Under the pieces are notes generated by a model. It did no database searches, was not told the DNA's origin, and saw only the letters and a list, made by a program, of their open reading frames with translations. Shown here one piece after another: positions 24,501 to 32,430 of a stretch of 32,430 nt of DNA. Source of the DNA: Octopus bimaculoides (taxonomy: Eukaryota); the NCBI RefSeq assembly GCF_001194135.2, contig NC_068990.1, positions 62,024,925-62,057,354 of the forward strand, given 5' to 3'. Position 1 is the first letter of the stretch. Every line of letters starts with the position of its first letter. The position numbers and the translations under genes are program-made.

Positions 24501-24849
24501 TCTCTTCGCCAAGACTTAACTAATTGGCACTCAGTCGCTGTGGCGGCTCATAGATAAAAATAGTGGGGGTGCTTATATTGTGTAAAAGGAAACAAACATA
24601 TAAAAAGAAAATTTATGCATAAATTTGATCGGTTTGCGTTTTAGCTAATGTTGAGTAGTGTGTTTAATTTGTTCACTGAACACCGTCGCGAATTACCCCT
24701 TGCTTAAAAAAAAACCCCTGAATCACAAAACAAGTGAGGGGAAATGTGCCCTATTTTTCAAATCCTGGCAGCAACACTGTAGCTGGAAGCAGGATAATAA
24801 TCTAATTCTAAACTTTATCACATTCAAGAATATAAACACGTTTTTAAGC

Positions 24850-25015
24850 ACAACACTCGCGGAGTCAAAAAGAAACACTACCTTTCACCCGGCATTGTCG
24901 TTCACGCAGTACTCTCTCTCCCAAGCGTGAAGCTTCCTATCTCGGACATGTGATCATGCGCACAACAGCCAAAAACCGCGTCGCTGTAACTGTGAAGCGC
25001 ACAGCTCAACACAAG
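24850..25015 (-). promoter_or_regulatory. CpG-rich unique segment, possible promoter or first exon
   Basis: About 12 CpG in 170 nt by manual count; TGCGCATG (NRF1-like half site) on the minus strand; minus-strand ATG CCG GGT GAA AG|GTAGTG. Confidence 0.25.
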
Positions 25016-25337
25016 GATTTTTTTTTTTTTTCATAAACTAGGGGATGGCTATTGACATGATGCTTAAGGATTAATATAACGTACAAGTATAAAGAAAGAA
25101 TTACAGAAAAAAGGACTCATTATATTGAACGTTATCGATAATATCGAGTAGNNNNNNNNNNTGAGAGAGAGAAAAGTGACAGGGTAAAGAAATTTGCTTC
25201 ATAACCATTTGGTTTCGACTTTAGTTACGCTGGCACTGTCTTCGTAAGCTGTCAGAAAACGATCAAATGTGTGAGTTTGCGCGTGTGTGTGTGTGTGTGT
25301 GTGCACGCACGGCGCTCATATATATATATATATATAT

Positions 25338-25645
25338 GGCACTCCGTCGGTTACGATGACGAAGCTTCCAGTTGATCCGATTAACGGAACAGCCTGCTCG
25401 TGAAATTAAGGTGCAAATGTCTGAGCATTCCACAGACACGTGTACCCTTAACGTAGTTCTCAGGGAGATTCAGCGTGACACAGAATGTGAGAAGGCTGGC
25501 TTTTAAAAATTCAGGTACTACTTATTTTTGCCAGCAACGTGAAATAAAGTGTCTTGCTGAAAGACACAATGCGTCGCCGGGAATTGAATTCACGACCTTA
25601 CGATCGAGAGTCGAACACCTTTTCCGTTCCCCCAACCACTACACA
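25338..25645 (-). mobile_element. tRNA-derived SINE sharing its 3' half with the 29749-30136 SINE but with a different head
   Basis: 25338-25510 is the reverse complement of about 29955-30127; the head reads gtgtagtggtt...ttcgactctcgatcgtaaggtcgtgaattcaattcccggcg. Confidence 0.85.
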
Positions 25646-25712
25646 CTAGACAGAGTACACTGGTGGTCCTCTTTCGTGTCACCAGCAATTTGCAAGAACA
25701 AGGCATCTAAAG

Positions 25713-26042
25713 CAGGGGTTCTTAACTATTTTCTATCTCTGGATTCCTTTGGTAATTATTTTATTCTGGTAGACCCCTATAGCCATTCTATGTTTAAAAA
25801 CTAGTTTTATAGAAATTTCTTTCAAAATTTCTATTTTGTTTTTCTCACATTAACTTGTGCAGGCCGAACGCCGTACAATGTTAGAGAAAGAAATTCTTGC
25901 AATACATACATCTGAAGGAAAAATCTTTCAGAGGCCCTTAAAATACTATTGTAGATTTCCGATTTACTATTTTGCTGTGTGGACCTCCAAAAATCTTACA
26001 TGGGCCCTCAGAGGCCATATGGGCCCCAGCTGAAAACCACTG
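25713..26042. mobile_element. Non-autonomous hAT-like DNA transposon (MITE), 330 bp
   Basis: Imperfect TIRs CAGGGGTTCTTAAC / GCTGAAAACCACTG (10/14); flanking 8-mers ATCTAAAG and ATATAAGA (5/8), Charlie-like. Confidence 0.7.
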
Positions 26043-26547
26043 ATATAAGAGGGCACCTGATAATTGAAGGAGAACAGGAGAGACGCTGTTATGATTCAGA
26101 GCAAAATAATGAAAGGGGTTACAACATGATAAAGAACAAATATATATATAGTCTTGAGAGAGGGTGGTAGTGGAGAAAGGAACAGAGAACCTGCTATTAG
26201 GTGAGGGAGTACGAAAGGGACAGGAGAAAGGGACACGATTAGTGTCAAAGGTCGAGGTCAGAACGGTAAAGGTGACTCGTTGTTGGGTTGTGTTATGCGT
26301 TGTCTCGGACTATCCTCCATTATACGAGTGTGTATGTGGGAGGTCATGACGGAAGGGCAGAGAGGGGGGTAGGTGACAAGATACTGAGATAGCGGGGGGA
26401 AGGTATGGGAAGAGGAGAGTGAAAGAGAAACAAGCAGACGAGATAAACGATGGATTGTGGTGAGTTGGTGAAATAAGATGCACGCATGCACCCCCACCAT
26501 ACACACACACACGCAAACACGCGCGCACACGTGTGTGCGAGTGTGTG

Positions 26548-26705
26548 AGCAGGAATAGCTATATGGTAAGAAGTTTGCTTTCCAAACACATGGTTCTGGG
26601 TTCAGTCTCACAGCGTGGGAGCCTTGGCCAAGTGTTTTCTACTATAGCCTCTGACATACCAAAGCCTTGTAAATTGATTTCGTTGACGGAAACTGAAAGA
26701 AGCCC

Positions 26706-26710
<5 letters not shown>
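26548..26710 (+). mobile_element. Family A SINE, 5' half
   Basis: ggtaagaagtttgctttccaaacacatggttctgggttcagtc...gacggaaactgaaagaagcccg. Confidence 0.85.
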
Positions 26711-26787
<77 letters not shown>

Positions 26788-26789
26788 CG

Positions 26790-27265
26790 CACACAGGCGG
26801 AGATCCAGTTTTGTTTTGAAGACACCTACATCCATACCATGTACGTCTCTCAGACCTTTGAGAGAGGATATGGAAGAGCTGTGACACTTTAAAACCCAGG
26901 TTCTTGCAGAATCTGTTTATGTATCTTGATAGTGATGCGGGGATCTTTGGTATATTCAATGGCACCCTGTTATGAAGCTTGTGCACACCTTCCAGTGACA
27001 AAGTTTGGTACAAGTTCCTCTAGGATTTTCTAGATGTCTATCACTGCATAGCTTTCCCGCCGTTTTTCTAGGGAGTAGAGTCTAAGATTTTTCAGCTTTT
27101 CCCTCTTCCCAGAGCTGAGCAGTTGCATTCAGACGATCTTCTTTCTGTAACGCAGTGACCATAGCCCGGAACAGTAGTTTAAGCGGCTGTGGACAAATGT
27201 CCAGAGGACCATCATAGTTTCCCAAAATCTCGTTGTATAAGCTCTAAGGATTCAACCAGCCAGCT
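26790..27265 (-). mobile_element. CR1/L2-type LINE ORF2 3' fragment (pseudogenised)
   Basis: Minus strand KLKNLRLYSLEKRRESYAVIDI*KILEELVPN ... VGVFKTKLDLRL matches the CR1-clade C-terminal pattern L.L.SLE.RR ... FK..LD. Confidence 0.8.
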
Positions 27266-28147
27266 GCCTACATACACACACAGATATATATATATATATC
27301 NNNNNNNNNNNNNNNNNNNNNNNNNNNNNNNNNNNNNNNNNNNNNNNNNNNNNNNNNNNNNNNNNNNNNNNNNNNNNNNNNNNNNNNNNNNNNNNNNNNN
27401 NNNNNNNNNNNNNNNNNNNNNNNNNNNNNNNNNNNNNNNNNNNNNNNNNNNNNNNNNNNNNNNNNNNNNNNNNNNNNNNNNNNNNNNNNNNNNNNNNNNN
27501 NNNNNNNNNNNNNNNNNNNNNNNNNNNNNNNNNNNNNNNNNNNNNNNNNNNNNNNNNNNNNNNNNNNNNNNNNNNNNNNNNNNNNNNNNNNNNNNNNNNN
27601 NNNNNNNNNNNNNNNNNNNNNNNNNNNNNNNNNNNNNNNNNNNNNNNNNNNNNNNNNNNNNNNNNNNNNNNNNNNNNNNNNNNNNNNNNNNNNNNNNNNN
27701 NNNNNNNNNNNNNNNNNNNNNNNNNNNNNNNNNNNNNNNNNNNNNNNNCGTAAAACGTGTTGCGAAAACTGTGAAGCCTGAAAATTACAGAAGTTCAGTT
27801 CCTACTTCGGTCAACTTTTGTCTGTTTATTCTTTTGTAGTCAAAAAAAAAAAGAAAAAAGAAAAAAAAAGGGGGGTAACAGGCAAGCACTGGTGCAGCTC
27901 TCTGCTGTCACCTCCTTGATGTCTCATTGGTTCAAAGATGAAAAGGTCGAAAGGTTGTCAGAGTTTTCTTCTGACCACATGGATATCTAAAACCATTAAG
28001 GGGAAAAGATGGTACGTATTGACACTAAGTAATACTTTCTTACAATGAAGGACTTGCGTGTGTATGTATGCATATCTATAGTGGTGCATACATTATATAC
28101 ATATTTGAATGTATGTATACACAAATGTAGATGTATATAGATTATAT

Positions 28148-28462
28148 AGAGGTGCAGGCATGGCTGTATGATAAAGTGCTTGCTTTCCAACCGTATGGTT
28201 CTGGTTTCGGTTTTCTCCTATAGCCCCAGACCAACGAAAGCCTTGTGAGTGGATTTGATACACGGGAACTGAAAGTAGTCCGTTGTATGTATGTGTGTGT
28301 GTATATATATATATATATGCACATATAAATATGTGTGTGTGTGTGTGTGTGCGTGTGTGTCCTTATGCCTGTGCTTGTCCCCACCACTACCGCTTCACAA
28401 CCTGTGTTGGCGTGATCACGTCCCCGAAACTTAGCAAAATGGATTAATATAATGAATACCAG
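28148..28462 (+). mobile_element. Family A SINE, diverged but CpG-retaining, 3' end lost in an N gap
   Basis: aggtgcaggcatggctg...aaagccttgtgagtggattt...cgtccccgaaacttagc. Confidence 0.85.
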
Positions 28463-28965
28463 NNNNNNNNNNNNNNNNNNNNNNNNNNNNNNNNNNNNNN
28501 NNNNNNNNNNNNNNNNNNNNNNNNNNNNNNNNNNNNNNNNTATATGTACATACTTATGTATGTACATGTGTTTATACATATGTATATACATGTGTTTATA
28601 CATATGTATATATCCATGCGTGTATATGTGTATACGTGTGTGTGTCTTTGTGCATCTCCACATACACAGTCTTAACAGTATTCAAAGAACTACAAGTTGC
28701 TTCTTGGCTCCTACAATGAACTTTGGGCTCCCAAATAATATAAAGAAACTGAACTGAGGTACTAACCCGGATATGGACTAATTTGCTTCCTGAGTTATCC
28801 CCCAAATCACTATTAATGGAAATGTGCGACACAAGAGATGGAGAATTTGTCCTACTTGGGTAGCATCGCGTTCAGCAAACAATAGATCTTGATGTCTTCT
28901 ACAGGTATGGAAAAGCAAGTTCCTTTTGGCAGGCTGACAAATTCACTTTGGAATGATTCAGACAT

Positions 28966-29376
28966 TTTTAGTCGAATAAATCGACCGCAATACTTTTTTT
29001 TTTTTTTTTTTGCAAGTTTGGTACTTATTCTATCGATCTTTTTTGGTGAACCGCTAAGTTACGGTTGTTAAGCGGTGATAGGGCACAAACGCGCGCGCGT
29101 ACACACATATCGTATATGTCATTCCGACTGATTTGGAGTATCTAATTCTTGGCTTTTCTTACTCTACACTTCGGTTACGTGACCTTTAAATTCCTCCGGA
29201 GTACGGCGTTTCTACACGTTTGATTTGCGTGAGTATATATATATATATATATATACATACATACGTACATACATACATACGTAGAGTTAAACGCAGGTGT
29301 GATTTTTTGCTGCCCTAGTAACTGTTTATCTATTTTTTCCGTGTTAATAGTAAACAAGGGAAAATTACACACATTC

Positions 29377-29411
<35 letters not shown>

Positions 29412-29650
29412 GTGTATGTATGTATGTATGTATATGTATACGGCAGGCTTCTTTCAGTTTCTGTCTATCATATCTGTGGTATGACGTCACATCTACTGGT
29501 ACGCACACACCACAATATCAACTCACAAGGCTTTGGTCGGCCTGAAGCTATAGTAGAAGACACTTGCCCAAGGTTCCACGCAGTGGGACTGAACCTGGAA
29601 CCATGTAGCTGGGAAGCAAGTTTCTTACCACACAGCCATGCCTGCGCCTA
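28966..29650 (-). mobile_element. Family A SINE inserted into the RTE remnant, with internal insertions
   Basis: 3' part at 28966-29090 and 5' part at 29441-29650 match family A; RTE motifs resume on both sides. Confidence 0.8.
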
Positions 29651-29748
29651 ATACATCTCACTATATATTCAAACAATTAAGAATGTAAAGCAGTTTTTTG
29701 ACTACACTATTGTATGGTGCAGAATTATGGATCTTATATTAAAACAAT

Positions 29749-30136
29749 GTGGAGGCGCAATGGCCCAGTGGTTAGGGCAGCGGACTCGCGGTCGCAGGAT
29801 CGCGCTTTCGATTCCCAGACCTGGCGTTGTGAGTGTTTATTGTGCGAAAACACCTAAAGCTCCACGAGGCTCCGGCAGGGGATGGTGACGAACCCTGCTG
29901 TACTCTTTCACCACAACTTTCTCTTACTCTTACTTCCTGTTTCTGTTGTGCCTGTAATTCAAAGGGCCAGCCTTGTCACACTGTGTCACGCTGAATATCC
30001 CCGAGAACTACGTTAAGGGTACACGTGTCTGTAGAGTGCTCAGCCACTTGCACGTTAATTTCACGAGCAGGCTGTTCCGTTGGTCGGATCAACTGGAACC
30101 CTCGACGTCGTAAGCGACGGAATGCCAACAACAACA
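29749..30136 (+). mobile_element. Full-length young tRNA-derived SINE (family D) with (CAA)n tail and 11-bp TSD
   Basis: A box TGGCCCAGTGGTT and B-box-like TTCGATTCCC; perfect direct repeat ATTAAAACAAT at 29738-29748 and 30137-30147. The head is tRNA-Arg-like and possibly related to the octopus OR-type SINEs (not verified). Confidence 0.92.
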
Positions 30137-30624
30137 ATTAAAACAATATGACGGCTTCCATTTTTGCAGGAAATAACACCGAATGCAGAAGTCATGCTTT
30201 GTAAAATCAGTGGTACGTTGCTATTACTAACGAGTGGTCCTCTTAACTACTGTGACCATGTGGTTTACATGCAAAATCATCAAAAGTCTAAAGCAGCTTT
30301 TTAATGGTCAGCTTTCTAGTGCTGGAGAGAATCACTGAAAAAGTATGAATATGGCCTTCCTTCAAAATTTCAGAGGCTACTCACGAACTCTTTTTTAAGC
30401 AAGAGTAAATTGAAGCTCTTGAAAACAAAATCAAAAGCAACAGATAAAGAAGGATATAAAAGAAGAAGAAAATTAAGGTGTGTGCGTGTGTGCCACTGGC
30501 CACTTCTGAGTTATTTCTCTTAGCTTGTTTTTATTTAAATTATTTATATTACCTTGGCCATTACTGTGTTCTACTTGTTTTGTATTGTTGTATAAGTCAA
30601 AGTCCCTAGGCAACATGGAGATAA

Positions 30625-30685
30625 GGTTGGACAATTGCTGTGCTGACGACGGCTACTGAGCCTGAAACATGTGCGACCCACCCAT
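30625..30685 (+). ncRNA. Degenerate type I hammerhead ribozyme motif, probably in a Penelope-like/retrozyme repeat (about 30560-30850)
   Basis: CTGACGA (30643-49), C, GGCT-ACTG-AGCC, T, GAAAC (30664-68), ATGT. Core boxes are intact; the first stem II pair and the cleavage triplet are non-canonical. Confidence 0.55.
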
Positions 30686-31024
30686 GTCTTCTTATCTACT
30701 GACAATAAGCATGACCTTTTCTCAATGCCATGCAAACTTTGGAGGACTTTTGATCCTTTGGATTGTCTTCCCTTCTCAAGATGAATTGGTCTACATTGCC
30801 ATTTGATAATTATGACATGCCCACTCAAAGCAGAGATCAATTTAATAAATCAAGAATTTATGTTGTATAGTATTTGATATACCTGTATTTGTCTGTTGTT
30901 TAAACACATGCTACTGACCACTCATTATTTCTATTTGCTCATTATATATATACACACACATATATACATATACACATATAGATGTGTATATTTAGATGTG
31001 TTTGTATATATGCATATATATATA

Positions 31025-31380
31025 TACTCTTTTATTTGTTTCAGTCATTTGACTGTGGCCATGCTGAAGCACCGCCTTTACTCGAGCAAATCGACCCCAG
31101 GACTTATTCTTTGTAAGCCTAGTACTTATTCTATCGATCTCTTTTGCCGAACCGCTAAGTTACGGGGACGTAAACACACAAGCATCGGTTGTCAAGCGAT
31201 GTTGGGGGGACAAACACAGACACACAAACACATACACACANNNNNNNNNNNNNNNNNNNNNNNNNNNNNNNNNNNNNNNNNNNNNNNNNNNNNNNNNNNN
31301 NNNNNNNNNNNNNNNNNNNNNNNNNNNNNNNNNNNNNNNNNNNNNNNNNNNNNNNNNNNNNNNNNNNNNNNNNNNNNNNN

Positions 31381-31411
<31 letters not shown>

Positions 31412-31569
31412 TACGACGAGCTTCTTTCAGTTTCTGTCTACCAAATCCACTCACAAGGCTTTGGTCGGCCCGAGGCTATAGTAGAAGACACTTGCCCAAG
31501 GTGCCACGCAGTGGGACTGAACCCAGAACCATGTGGTTGGTAAGCAAGCTACTTACCACACAGCCACTC
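31025..31569 (-). mobile_element. Family A SINE, full length, low divergence (N gap in the internal microsatellite)
   Basis: Nearly identical to 32093-32430; CpGs retained; tRNA-like head on the minus strand (TGGCTGTGTGGT...GGGTTCAGTCCC). Confidence 0.92.
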
Positions 31570-31699
31570 ATACACACATACATATGTGTATATATAAACG
31601 TATATATCTATATCTAGATATATGTATATACTGATATATATGTATGTATGTATTTGTGGACAAAACCTCTTGGCTTACTGAGAGATCTTTACACTGACA

Positions 31700-32090
31700 G
31701 TTACTTAGCAGAAGCCATCCTCTACTTACCGTTCTCATTCTATGACAGACTACGACAAATTCTCGCTGCTCACACTCTGCATGTGGGTCAGTGAGAAAAG
31801 CACTCTAGTGCTGGTGTCACAAAATATACACCTGGTTCAAACTGCAAAGTGGTTCACAAACGTACAGACAAAGTATACAAGCATAAGGAACATCTTATCC
31901 TGTACCACCCCAAGTACTATCCAAGTACTAACTGTAAAGATAAGTACCACAAGAAAAAGCACCATGTAAGCTATGTAAAGCAGTTAATAATAAGGACAAC
32001 CACTTAAGAGAGCAAACCCAGTCTACAGGACTAGTGTTTACCGTTAAAAGATACAGTGACAACCAGCTCAAAGCTGTAAAACGATGAAGG
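31700..32090 (+). mobile_element. Possible Penelope-like linker/GIY-YIG endonuclease remnant
   Basis: LYLPFSFYDRLRQILAAHTLHV, then DKVYKHKEHLILYHPKY...NCKDKY, resembles the PLE pattern LPY...SE.L.RIL..H.I.V ... KD...VVY..C..C...Y. Degenerate. Confidence 0.4.
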
Positions 32091-32092
32091 TA

Positions 32093-32314
32093 TACTCTCT
32101 TTTACTCTTTTACTTGTTTCAGTCATTTGACTGCGGCCATGCTGGGGCACCGCCTTTTAGTCGAGAAAATCGACCCCAGGATTTATTCTTTGTAAGCCTA
32201 GTACTTATTCTGTCGGTCTCTTTTTGCCGAACCGCTAGGTTACGGGGGACGTAAACACACCAGCTTCGGTTGTCAAGCGAAGTTGGGGGGACCAACACAG
32301 ACACACAAACACAT

Positions 32315-32362
<48 letters not shown>

Positions 32363-32430
32363 GACGGGCTTCTGTCACTTTCCGTCTACCAAATCCACTC
32401 ACAAGGCTTTGGTCGGCCCGAGGCTATAGT
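32093..32430 (-). mobile_element. Family A SINE, truncated by the window end
   Basis: Colinear with 31025-31500. Confidence 0.92.

Larger units (their letters stand above)
28650..30480 (+). mobile_element. RTE-clade LINE RT/C-terminal remnant in three pieces (28650-28965, 29651-29748, 30148-30480)
   Basis: FGL..NIKK; ITING; ENLSYLGS; PFGRLTNSLWNDSDI; TLLYGAELWILY; TPNAEV; KQLFNGQLS occur in the order of RTE/BovB ORF motifs (F.YLGS, AFGRL...W, LLYG.E.W, K..FYG.L). Confidence 0.85.

Noticed and set aside
29749-29830. tRNA gene
   Set aside because: No complete cloverleaf; continues into a SINE body with tail and TSD.
1-32430. CRISPR arrays, operons or other prokaryotic systems
   Set aside because: The sequence is eukaryotic and repeat-rich; no constant repeat with unique spacers of uniform length.

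Overview
This is a eukaryotic, AT-rich, short-read-type assembly window, with many N gaps flanked by microsatellites. The interspersed repeats look like Octopus SINE/LINE families, so an octopod genome is the best guess; this rests on recall, not a database search. No protein-coding gene can be confidently named. Nearly all listed ORFs are translations of (TA)n/(TG)n/(CA)n repeats or of transposon remnants. Supportable content: about 20 SINE copies or fragments from at least 4 families, one young copy with a perfect 11-bp TSD; an RTE LINE remnant split by two nested SINEs; a CR1/L2-type LINE 3' fragment; a decayed mariner transposase whose C-terminal part lies upstream of its N-terminal part; a hAT-like MITE; and Penelope-like remnants with two degenerate hammerhead ribozyme motifs. 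A few candidate exons are low confidence. The most unusual signals are (i) a 15.1-19.5 kb non-coding block densely studded with GAC/GTC trinucleotides whose strand polarity flips around a palindrome at about 18,112, with a candidate 26-nt exon inside it, and (ii) a contrast in CpG decay between copies of the same SINE left and right of about 9.4 kb, suggesting a germline methylation boundary.
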